NCBI GenBank assembly: GCA_950097015.1
Contig: CATNEN010000035.1
Location: 992,001-1,056,000 of the forward strand
Direction: 5' to 3'
DNA length: 64,000 bases
DNA from: Macrostomum hystrix
Lineage: Eukaryota; Animalia; Platyhelminthes
Of this stretch, positions 38,655 through 49,707 are shown piece by piece. Position 1 is the stretch's first letter, and every line of letters starts with the position of its first letter. The translations under genes were made by a program, and so were the position numbers. The notes beneath the pieces were generated by a model. That model saw only the letters and a list, made by a program, of their open reading frames with translations. It did not search any database and was not told the DNA's origin.

Positions 38655-38760
38655 CTCGAGCCGGTTTTACTGCGATACCGGCTCATTCTTCGACGGTCAA
38701 CGTCGGCTTAGGATCTAAGTTCTGGACTTCACAACTGCGATTCCAGATATAGCTTATTCT
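38655..38760 (+). ncRNA. Candidate structured small RNA (possibly spliced-leader-like)
   Basis: Four consecutive hairpins: GAGCCGGT/ACCGGCTC, CGACG/CGTCG, CTTAG/CTAAG and CTGGA/TCCAG. Loop TTACTGCGA, an ACG|GT junction and a short Sm-like AGTTCTGG. Identity is speculative. Confidence 0.25.
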
Positions 38761-38789
38761 TCGATGCCATTGCAGATTACTCTGCTCGA

Positions 38790-39992
38790 TCTTGATGCGA
38801 TTCCAGCTATGGATTATTATTATATTCTGATGCGATTCCAGCTATGGATTATTATTAGATTCTGATGCGATTCCAGCTATGGATTATTATTAGATTCTGA
38901 TACGATTCCAGCTATAGATTATTATTATATTCTGATGCGATTCCAGCTATGGATTATTATTAGATTCTGATGCGATTCCAGCTATGGATTATTATTAGAT
39001 TCTGATACGATTCCAGCTATGGATTATTATTAGATTCTGATACGATTCCAGCTATGGATTATTATTAGATTCTGATGCGATTCCAGCTATGGATTATTAT
39101 TAAATTCTGATGCGATTCCAGCTATGGATTATTATTAGATTCTGATGCGATTCAAGCTATGGATTATTATTAGATTCTGATACGATTCCAGCTATGGATT
39201 ATTATTAGATTCTGATGCGATTCCAGCTATGGATTATTATTAGATTCTGATACGATTCCAGCGATGGATTATTATTAGATTCTGATACGATTCCAGCTAT
39301 GGATTATTATTAGATTCTGATGCGATTCCAGCTATGGATTATTATTAGATTCTGATGTGATTCCAGCTATGGATTATTATTAGATTCTGATGCGATTCAA
39401 GCTATGGATTATTATTAGATTCTGATACGATTCCAGCTATGGATTATTATTAGATTCTGATGCGATTCCAGCTATGGATTATTATTAGATTCTGATGCGA
39501 TTCCAGCTATAGATTATTATTAGATTCTGATGCGATTCCAGCTATGGATTATTATCTGATTCTGATGAGATTCCAGCTATGGATTATTATTAGATTCTGA
39601 TGCAATTCCAGCTATGGATTATTATTAGATTCTGATGCAATTCCAGCTATGGATTATTATTAGATTCTGATGCGATTCCAGCTATAGATTATTATTAGAT
39701 TCTGATGCGATTCCAGCTATGGATTATTATCTGATTCTGATGAGATTCCAGCTATGGATTATTATTAGATTCTGATGCAATTCCAGCTATGGATTATTAT
39801 CTGATTCTGATGAGATTCCAGCTATAGATTATTATTAGATTCTGATGCGATTCCAGCTATGGATTATTATCTGATTCTGATGAGATTCCAGCTATGGATT
39901 ATTATTAGATTCTGATGCAATTCCAGCTATGGATTATTATTAGATTCTGATGCAATTCCAGCTATGGATTATTATTAGATTCTGATACGATT
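38790..39992. repeat. 35-bp minisatellite (GATTCTGATGCGATTCCAGCTATGGATTATTATTA)
   Basis: Period 35 (38941, 38976, ...). Confidence 0.97.
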
Positions 39993-40349
39993 CCGCAGGC
40001 AATATCAAACAGCGAATTTCACTGATGAGTTTAATAAGACTTGAACCGACAAAAAGAGTAATAAAAAAAAGTGATAAAACAGTTATCTTTTTTTATACGA
40101 GTACCATCCATTCTTTTCAATAAAAGCATATCAACTCTAAAAAAATACGCTGGATAATAAAGTTAAAGAAGTATGGGATTCTTTCTGAAAATATGCAGCA
40201 CATCGAATGAAAGCAGGGAGCGGCTAACACAGAGCGATAGCTTATTTTCATCGATTTTTAAGTCATACTTGTGAACTCGATACCGACATAAATGAGCATA
40301 CACAACCTGATAAGTCGCAAACCTGTGTGGACTGCCAAATTTCACTCTG

Positions 40350-41180
40350 GAGTGTCTGAACTGTGTCTGAAGTGTCTGAACTGTCTCTGAAGTGTCTGAA
40401 CTGTCTCTAAAGTGTCTGAACTGTCTCTGAAGTGTCTGAACTGTCTCTGAAGTGTCTGAACTGTCTCTGAGGTGTCTGAACTGTCTCTGAAGTGTCTGAA
40501 CTGTCTCTGAGGTGTCTGAACTGTCTCTGAAGTGTCTGAACTGTCTCTGAAGTGTCTGAACTGTCTCTGAAGTGTCTGAACTGTCTCTGAAGTGTCTGAA
40601 CTGTCTCTGAGGTGTCTGAACTGTCTCTGAAGTGTCTGAACTGTCTCTGAGGTGTCTGAACTGTCTCTGAGGTGTCTGAACTGTCTCTGAAGTGTCTGAA
40701 CTGTCTCTGAAGTGTCTGAACTGTCTCTGAGGTGTCTGAACTGTCTCTGAAGTGTCTGAACTGTCTCTGAAGTGTCTGAACTGTCTCTGAGGTGTCTGAA
40801 CTGTCTCTGAAGTGTCTGAACTGTCTCTGAGGTGTCTGAACTGTCTCTGAAGTGTCTGAACTGTCTCTGAAGTGTCTGAACTGTCTCTGAAGTGTCTGAA
40901 CTGTCTCTGAAGTGTCTGAACTGTCTCTGAGGTGTCTGAACTGTCTCTGAAGTGTCTGAACTGTCTCTGAAGTGTCTGAACTGTCTCTGAAGTGTCTGAA
41001 CTGTCTCTGAAGTGTCTGAACTGTCTCTGAGGTGTCTGAACTGTCTCTGAAGTGTCTGAACTGTCTCTGAAGTGTCTGAACTGTCTCTGAGGTGTCTGAA
41101 CTGTCTCTGAAGTGTCTGAACTGTCTCTGAGGTGTCTGAACTGTCTCTGAAGTGTCTGAACTGTCTCTGAAATGTCTGAA
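40350..41180. repeat. 20-bp minisatellite (AGTGTCTGAACTGTCTCTGA), highly homogeneous
   Basis: Direct reading; nearly all variation is at one A/G position. Confidence 0.98.
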
Positions 41181-41719
41181 TTTTAATTATAATGTCGGAC
41201 TGGGGTTCAAGCTATGCAGAACAAAGTCGTGTCTTTGTAAAATCGTGTACTAAAAACGACTCAAACAACGTGACATTTGTAAGGAATGCTAACAAAGTTT
41301 AACTTTTACTATAGCGTACTCAAGCGCAAAATGAAAAATCATCTAGAGAGCGTAGAAGTTTTTATTAAAAAGGTAAGCTAATTTGCTAAAACAATAATAT
41401 AGACAGATTATTGCTATACTTTAGACGACGGAGACAATGCGACAGAAGCTTGATAAAGATTATTCAAAAGCTTCAAAGCGAAGGTAAGCAGAATTGTAAC
41501 ATTATCAGAGTTAAAATACAGCTATGAGTCATGGTTATCGTGTCTTTACTGTTAACGTCGGAAAACAGCATGACGCAGCTAGGAGCAAATACATATTCAC
41601 AGTATGCAAACAACTAATAGTTTTGTGCGCTTCCATGGAAGGCCATAAGCTGATAATAAAAAGGATTAGTATACTTTCACAATAGAGGTGCGATTGCAGA
41701 ATAGAGATAGGGACCTGTT

Positions 41720-42432
41720 ACTCCAGCAGGTGGGGAACTGTAACTCCTGCAGGTGGGGAACTGTAACTCCTGCAGGTGGGGAACTGTAACTCCTGCAGGT
41801 GGGGAGCTGTAACTCCTGCAGGTGGGGAACTGTAACTCCTGCAGGTGGGGAACTGTAACTCCTGCAGGTGGGGAACTGTCACTCCTGCAGGTGGGGAACT
41901 GTAACTCCTGCAGGTGGGGAACTGTAACTCCTGCAGGTGGGGAACTGTAACTCCAGCAGGTGGGGAACTGTAACTCCTGCAGGTGGGGAACTGTAACTCC
42001 AGCAGGTGGGGAACTGTAACTCCTGCAGGTGGGGAACTGTAACTCCAGCAGGTGGGGAACTGTAACTCCTGCAGGTGGGGAACTGTAACTCCTGCAGGTA
42101 AGGAGCTGTAACTCCAGCTGGTAAGGAACTGTAACTCCAGCTGGTAAGGAGCTGTAACTCCAGCTGGTAAGGAGCTGTAACTCCAGCTGGTAAGGAGCTG
42201 TAACTCCAGCTGGTAAGGAGCTGTAACTCCAGCTGGTAAGGAGCTGTAACTCCAGCTGGTAAGGAGCTGTAACTCCAGCTGGTAAGGAACTGTAACTCCA
42301 GCTGGTAAGGAGCTGTAACTCCAGCTGGTAAGGAGCTGTAACTCCAGCTGGTAAGGAGCTGTAACTCCAGCTGGTAAGGAGCTGTAACTCCAGCTGGTAA
42401 GGAGCTGTAACTCCAGCTGGTAAGGAGCTGTA
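41720..42432. repeat. 23-bp bipartite minisatellite
   Basis: GTGGGGAACTGTAACTCCTGCAG units switch at ~42096 to GGTAAGGAGCTGTAACTCCAGCT units. Confidence 0.96.
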
Positions 42433-42671
42433 ACCCAATGATATTAGAATATCTCATTGTAGCTTCACTAGCAAAGAGAAAGATGATGTGAAGCAAGGAA
42501 TGAGGTAGACAAAGACACAACCAATAATAACAACACTGTGATTTGGCAAAGTTTTACCTTTTACTATGAACTAGAAAAACTAGCAAAATCAATGGTAGAA
42601 TCTTTTATCTTTTATTTGAGTAATTTGGGCGTATAATAAAAAATAGTAATATTAGAGTATGAATCTGATCG

Positions 42672-45600
42672 CTAGGCTTTGACCAATGTGGAATTTCCGT
42701 AGAGCACATAGCGAAACATGTCGCCTAGCATAGAGTCCACGTGTTTAATAGTCTCCATATTGTACTGCTTGCCGTGGAATCTGTACCAAAGGTGCATTGC
42801 GTAATTCTTTTTGCGCCAATCCCATTTGCGCACGGGTCCGTAGATCCAGGGCAGCTCGCCGCCAGTCCAGTTTGGCCTGTCCATGCTCTCCTGCTCTATG
42901 TGGCACAGTTGGGCGTACATTGGGCACAGGGTGTTGGGATAAGAGACGGAATGACCAACCCAGGAGCCGTCATCCAGTGTCTGGTAGGTCACATACCACA
43001 TGGATAGGAAAGTGGAGTTGGCGGCTGACAGGAACACACCATTGCAGAGGCCGCTGCCAGTCTCGCGCCCGATGGTGAATGGATACTGACGCAGCGGCTC
43101 CAGCGGCTTCAGGGTGATGACGTCGATGTCGAAATAGGCACCGCCGAATGTTAAGACGGCCTCCATTCGCATCACATCTGACTGGTGCTCCTTCACGTGC
43201 ACTGGGACCGTGTACACCTGTTGGGGTTGGTTGGTATTGGGATTGACTGGGATATTTTGGAATTGGTTGGGATTGATTGGGATTTTTTTGAATTGATTGG
43301 GATTGATTGAGATATTTTGGAATTGGTTGGGATTGATTGGGATATTTTGGAATTGGTTGGGATTGATTGGGATATTTTGGAATTGGTTGGGATTGATTGG
43401 GATATTTTGGAATTGGTTGGGATTGATGGGATTGACTGGGGTATATTGGAATTGGTTGGGATTGACTGGGATATTTTGGAATTGGTTGGGGTTGACTAGG
43501 ATTGATTGGTATTGGTTGGGATTGGTTTGGATTGATTGGGATAGGTTCGGATTGGTTGGGGTTGACTGGATTGGTTAGGATTGGTTGGGATTGGTTGGGG
43601 TTGACTGGGATTGGTTGTGGTTGACTGGGATTGGTTGTGGTTGACTGGGATTGGTTGGGGTTGACTGTGATTGGTTGTGGTTGACTGGGATTGGTTGGGG
43701 TTGACTGGGATTGGTTGGGATTGATTGGGGTTGACTGAAATTGACTGGGATTGACTGGGATTGGTTGGGATTGGTTGGTATTGGTTGTGGTTGACTAGGA
43801 TTGGTTGGGATTGGTTGGGATTGATTGGGATTGGATGGGGTTAATAACGACTGTTTGTGGTGGATTAGGATTGGTTGGGGTTTATTAGGATTGGTTGGGG
43901 TTTATTAGGTTTTGTTAAGGTTTATTGGGGTTGGCCAGGGCAGCAAATGACTTGAGAATAAAGTACATGGCATTTGTGTTTATACAAAAAAGTGGTCACC
44001 AACCTTAGTAGGTACCGGCCGCTTTATCATAATCACGCTGCTCTCCCAGATGCCGGAGTCGGTGAGGTTCTTGCGAAACGCGTCCCAGTGCTCGCCGTGC
44101 GGCGCCTTGGCGTACCAGATCAGCGTCCTGATTGGCCGCATCACCCAGACCCCGCTGAGCATGCACACGAGATGGTGAAACTGTAGCTGGGGGTTCTCAA
44201 ACGGCAGGACATAGTGAGCAATGTTGGGCACAATGTAGCGAGGATCGTTAGGCATTGTGGCGGCCTGAACCTCCGCCACAGTGAATTGCCGACCGCCTGG
44301 CGAGTGCAGGCGCCACTGGCTGGTGTCAACCACAGGCAGCTTGTGCACCATCAGCTCGTTCACTCTGGAACTATACTTGCCAGAGAAGCCGCGGATGGAG
44401 TTGCGCAGATTATCAAACTGACTAATTATGTAGCTGCGATTCATCGGCGCGTAGACATAGTCGCGCCCGGCCACCTGGTCCTGGGAGTTGCCAGGCGGCT
44501 GGGCGGCCGCGGCGAATGTGGTCGACTGCGCTGCCGCGGCTGTTGAAGATGAAACGGTTTTGGGATTAATGGGTCGCAAAATGGGCGAGAGAATGGGAAG
44601 AGGGATTAGCGAGTGGGATGTGGATTAGGGAGTGGGAGTTTAGGGGATTATGGAGTGGGAATTTAGGGGATTATAGAGTGGGAATTTAGGGGATTATGGA
44701 GTGGGAATTTAGGGGATTATGGAGTGGGATTATGGAGTGGGAATTTAGGGGATTATGGAGTGGGATTATGGAGTGGGAAGTGAATCGAATGATTGGGAAG
44801 TGAAAATAAAGAATGGAGAATGGAAGCGCAGTAAAAAAGTGGCACCGGGATGATGCAATCGAAGTGGGGGTGGGGAGGGAATGGCAGATAAGCAAATTAT
44901 GCCACAGTACTGCTCACTGGAGGCGATAGGTGGCAGCAGAGCGGAGGTGCCGTACAGAATCAGGCGAGCAATCTGTCCGTAGGTGGACTTGAGCTTGCGC
45001 ACGGAATTAAAATCCGGATTGACTTTGAATCCTGTAGCCGACTGTTGCAGCTGCAGCTGCCGACTGTGCCACAGGTTAATTAGCCAATTATTAGTCCAGT
45101 TCCAGGCTGCCACATTGGGCTGGCCGTAGATCAGTTGAAGGCCGTCAGGCTGCCAGCCGGGTCGGTGCATGCCGTCGGTGTCCAGCACGGCAAGGTCGGG
45201 GATTGCGGCTCTGAGGGCGAAGGGCAGCAGGGAGGAGTGCTGCTCGGACAGCGAATCGTCTAACACCTGATAGCACAGGTGCCAGGCAAGTAGAAATCGC
45301 GAGTTTCGCTTTGCCATGTAGCCGGAGCTGCCAATGCCGCGGTCGTGCTGCAGGCCGATGACAGTCTCGGCGGAGAGCATCGACGCGGCCGGTCGACGCA
45401 TCGGCAGGACGTCCGGGTTGAGGCGCAGGCCACCAAATAGGAGCAGGGCCTCCAGGCCAATCAGATCGGAGCGATGCTGCCAGGAGCTGACGGGAATCTG
45501 GTAGACAGAGACTGGCGACTGACGCCTAGCCAGGATGACAGTTCGCTGCCACACGGACTGGGTGACATTGGCAATGAGGTAGGGCCAGTAGCCGCCAGAC

Positions 45601-46115
45601 AGTGGCTCATGATGCCACAGGAATATCCTGCTGGGCTTGTACAGATGGAATGCGGCTAGAAGGCTTAGAAGCTGGTGAAATTCCAGACTGCCTTGATGAA
45701 ACGGCATAACATAGTGGATAATGTTGGGCGACTGACCAGGTTCGGCAGCATTGGCTAGGCTGTCTCTGAGCAGTTGGTAGTCAATAGATTCGCCTAGCGG
45801 ATTGCGCAGATCAATATCGCTTATGGTTAGCACAGGCAGGCGTTCGGTGAACAGTTGATCAACCTGGCGAGTATTGGAGCCGGCAAATTGTACAGCCACT
45901 GACCGTATAGTATCCCAGTGCTTGGCAGTGAAATTATTTGCCTCTGCCAGTTCGACAGGCCTGGCTAGACTGGCATAATGAACTTCGTAATAATAGGACA
46001 GGCTGAGCAGGCGGCTGATTTTGCGGCTATGCGGCCCGAAAACGATGATTAATACAGCGGTGAATGCGCATAGACTGATTAAAGCCCTACGAAACAGATT
46101 AGAACGCTGGGCCAT
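42672..46115 (-). CDS. Type II membrane glycosyltransferase with two tandem GT32-like (DxD sugar-binding, alpha-1,4-GT/OCH1-like) domains, ~759 aa
   Basis: Exons 46115-44918 (ATG, signal anchor ALISLCAFTAVLIIVFG, domain 1 PNIIHYV...EALLLFGGLRLNPDV), 44539-44004 and 43217-42672 (domain 2 PNIAHYV...EAVLTFGGAYFDIDV...LCNG). Junctions A|GTGAGC..CAACAG|CC (phase 1) and AAG|GTTGGT..CAG|GTG (phase 0) are in frame. AATAAA lies ~55 nt after the stop. Confidence 0.8.
43220..43930. repeat. Degenerate 9-10-bp (GGATTGGTTG/GGATTGACTG) repeat filling GT intron 2
   Basis: Direct reading. Confidence 0.9.
44610..44790. repeat. G-rich ~24-bp repeat (GGAGTGGGAATTTAGGGGATTAT) in GT intron 1
   Basis: Direct reading; GGG runs on the plus strand. 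Confidence 0.88.
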
Positions 46116-46777
46116 GCGATCTGCCACTGCTGCTGCCGCGCTGCGAACTGACTCCGCTGAAATACAAGTCAAGATGCCGACAATTCTAACAGTCAGGTAG
46201 AAATTAGCAAATATTAGGCACTTATGTGTGTGCTTATTTGTTCTGTATACTTGTGTGCAAGGCTGAGATTGGCTCTCTCTCTCTGTTCTACTGCTGGGTT
46301 TTGAATATAAATCTCTAGGATAACAATAGGGATGACAAGAAACTACTCACCGAGGTACATTTTTTGAATAAATGAAATAGGAAAGCCGAGAGGCATTTTC
46401 TACTAAAAATGTAGAAGAAATGTGAAACCCAAACTGTCCGGCTGCTTGAAAAGCAAATAATAAGCTGCTTTAAACCTGTAAGTAAGGCGCACCATTGTCT
46501 TGCACGCCAATTTCTTCGGAGTACCCACTCTCTGTCAGGCTAACAGCTGCTAGATATCAGGCACTCATTGCTGGCACTGCTCACTGTGGGGAAAACGGAC
46601 TGACTTTCCAGCACTCACTGCAATTCGACCATTGGGGACTAATTTGCTAACAAAGCAGGAAATGAAAAAATAAAGCCCTGTTTCATGGCCAATATTATAC
46701 CATACGATTGCTAAACAGTTGGATTAGCTAATATATTACAAGATCTATATGTCAAAGACTGTGGCAATGCCCTAGAT

Positions 46778-47402
46778 CAGGGGTCGGCAACCTCCGGCCC
46801 GCGGGCCAGATGCGGCCCTCGAAGCTCCCAAATCCGGCCCTTAGCTCCTCCTAACACCTACTCTACAGTACACCCTATCTCATCTCTCCCCTGTCTCACC
46901 TCTCCCCTGTCTTATCTCTCCCCTGTCTCATCTCTCCCCTGTCTCACCTCTCCCCTGTCTTATCTCTCCCCTGTCTTATCTCTCCCCTGTCTCATCTCTC
47001 CCCTGTCTTATCTCTCTCCTGTCTTATCTCTCCCCTGTCTCACCTCTCCCCTGTCTCATCTCTCCCCTGTTTTATCTCTCTCCTGTCTTATCTCTCCCCT
47101 GTCTCATCTCTGCCCTATCTCATCTCTCCCCTGGATTATCTCTCTCCTGTCTTATCTCTCCCCTGTCTCATCTCTCCTCTTTTTCATCTCTCCCCTGTCT
47201 CATCTCTCTTGCGTCTTATCTCCCCCGTCTCATCTCTCACCTGTCTGATCTCTCCTGTGTCTCATCCACAGATACTATAATAACTATAATAACAGTTATT
47301 ATAGTATCTGTGGTCTCATCTCTCCCCTTTCTTCATGCGGCCCGCCGTCATCTTTAAGATTCTCTCTTTAGCCCGCGGGGTATATAAGGTTGCCGACCCC
47401 TG
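46778..47402. mobile_element. hAT (Charlie-like) MITE, 625 bp
   Basis: Perfect 16-bp TIR CAGGGGTCGGCAACCT / AGGTTGCCGACCCCTG. 8-bp TSD CCCTAGAT at 46770-46777 and 47403-47410, close to the nTCTAGAn Charlie target preference. Interior is an expanded ~17-bp CT-rich repeat. Confidence 0.92.
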
Positions 47403-47652
47403 CCCTAGATAGTGGCTAGGCCCTAGATAGTGGCTAGGCCCTAGATAATGGCTAGGCCCTAGATAGTGGCTAGGCCCTAGTGGCCTAGATAGTGGCTAGG
47501 CCCTAGATAGTGGCTAGGGCCTAGATAGTGGCTAGGCCCTAGATAGTGGCTAGGCCCTAGATAGTGGCTAGGCCCTAGATAGTGGCTAGGCCCTAGATAG
47601 TGGCTAGGCCCTAGATAGTGGCTAGGCCCTAGATAGTGGCTAGGCCCTAGAC
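47403..47652. repeat. 18-bp minisatellite (CCCTAGATAGTGGCTAGG) starting at the MITE TSD
   Basis: Direct reading; PSHYLG period in the ORF track. Confidence 0.96.
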
Positions 47653-48439
47653 TCTGGCAAAGAAAACAGGCACAAGGCTCACGAGATGTTAACACAAAAT
47701 TAGTAGTTTAACAATCGCAAAGAGCAAAAAAGCTGCACAAGGACAAAAAAGAAAGCTTATTATAGATTATTTATTTAGGTAGAAATTTTTGACAAATTTA
47801 GATGGTAAACGCCTGACTATAAAAAAGTTATTTTGGCTAGCCTGGGAAGACAGTCAGTGAAGCTTACACATGTGCAGGTAATGCACTAAGTGCAAAAATG
47901 GAAAGAGCACACACGCTTTGGCTAAATTTGCGGCTCAAAATCTGCTTTGCTATTTTAAGCCTAAGCATAATATAATACAATCTGAGTGGGACAGTAATTA
48001 TTAGAGTAAATGAAGCAGAAGCAAAAATCCAGAAGATTATGTACTTAAAAATGTTTCCTAAACAAATAATTATTTCTAATATTAGAATACTTGCAAGTTT
48101 GCATCTGACATAGTAGCAACCTAAAATCGTAGAACATTGCAATAAATAAACAAATAAACGCCATGAACAAGGAGGGATTGCTGTAAAAAGCATAAAATAG
48201 AGTAACAATGCGCGCATGGCAACACAGATTGCGCCAGGATTTTGCTTGGCCGCAGCACCTGGACCCTATCTGACCTCAAACACAATGGCTAAATACGCTG
48301 GTAAACACAGAGAAGAATACGAGTAAATAGATTCAGCTGGACTTAACGGATATTTGCAGCTTAACAATAGACAGCAAATGCAATAAACAAGCAATCTACT
48401 ATTGCTCTGATACTCGTATGACATACTCGACAATATATA

Positions 48440-49685
48440 TCAGTCAGTGAGAAACTGCCCAATAAACATCTGACTCTCTTATCAGTCAGTGAGAAACTGC
48501 CCAATAAACATCTGACTCTCTTATCAGTCAGTGAGAAACTGCCCAATAAACATCTGACTCTCTTATCAGTCAGTGAGAAACTGCCCAATAAACATCTGAC
48601 TCTCTTATCAGTCAGTGAGAAACTGCCCAATAAACATCTGACTCTCTTATCAGTCAGTGAGAAACTGCCCAATAAACATCTGACTCTCTTATCAGTCAGT
48701 GAGAAACTGCCCAATAAACATCTGACTCTCTTATCAGTCAGTGAGAAACTGCCCAATAAACATCTGACTCTCTTATCAGTCAGTGAGAAACTGCCCAATA
48801 AACATCTGACTCTCTTATCAGTCAGTGAGAAACTGCCCAATAAACATCTGACTCTCTTATCAGTCAGTGAGAAACTGCCCAATAAACATCTGACTCTCTT
48901 ATCAGTCAGTGAGAAACTGCCCAATAAACATCTGACTCTCTTATCAGTCAGTGAGAAACTGCCCAATAAACATCTGACTCTCTTATCAGTCAGTGAGAAA
49001 CTGCCCAATAAACATCTGACTCTCTTATCAGTCAGTGAGAAACTGCCCAATAAACATCTGACTCTCTTATCAGTCAGTGAGAAACTGCCCAATAAACATC
49101 TGACTCTCTTATCAGTCAGTGAGAAACTGCCCAATAAACATCTGACTCTCTTATCAGTCAGTGAGAAACTGCCCAATAAACATCTGACTCTCTTATCAGT
49201 CAGTGAGAAACTGCCCAATGAACATCTGACTCTCTTATCAGTCAGTGAGAAACTGCCCAATAAACATCTGACTCTCTTATCAGTCAGTGAGAAACTGCCC
49301 AATAAACATCTGACTCTCTTATCAGTCAGTGAGAAACTGCCCAATAAACATCTGACTCTCTTATCAGTCAGTGAGAAACTGCCCAATAAACATCTGACTC
49401 TCTTATCAGTCAGTGAGAAACTGCCCAATAAACATCTGACTCTCTTATCAGTCAGTGAGAAACTGCCCAATAAACATCTGACTCTCTTATCAGTCAGTGA
49501 GAAACTGCCCAATAAACATCTGACTCTCTTATCAGTCAGTGAGAAACTGCCAAATAAACATCTGACTCTCTTATCAGTCAGTGAGAAACTGCCCAATAAA
49601 CATCTGACTCTCTTATCAGTCAGTGAGAAACTGCCAAATAAACATCTGACTCTCTTATCAGTCAGTGAGAAACTGCCAAACAAAC
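48440..49685. repeat. 42-bp minisatellite, ~30 near-identical copies
   Basis: 14-aa period LLGSFSLTDKRVRC on the minus strand. Confidence 0.97.
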
Positions 49686-49707
49686 ACAGGCTCTCGGTCT
49701 TGGCTGA

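Noticed and set aside
40020-40050. Hammerhead ribozyme core (CTGATGA)
   Set aside because: No stem II followed by GAAA.
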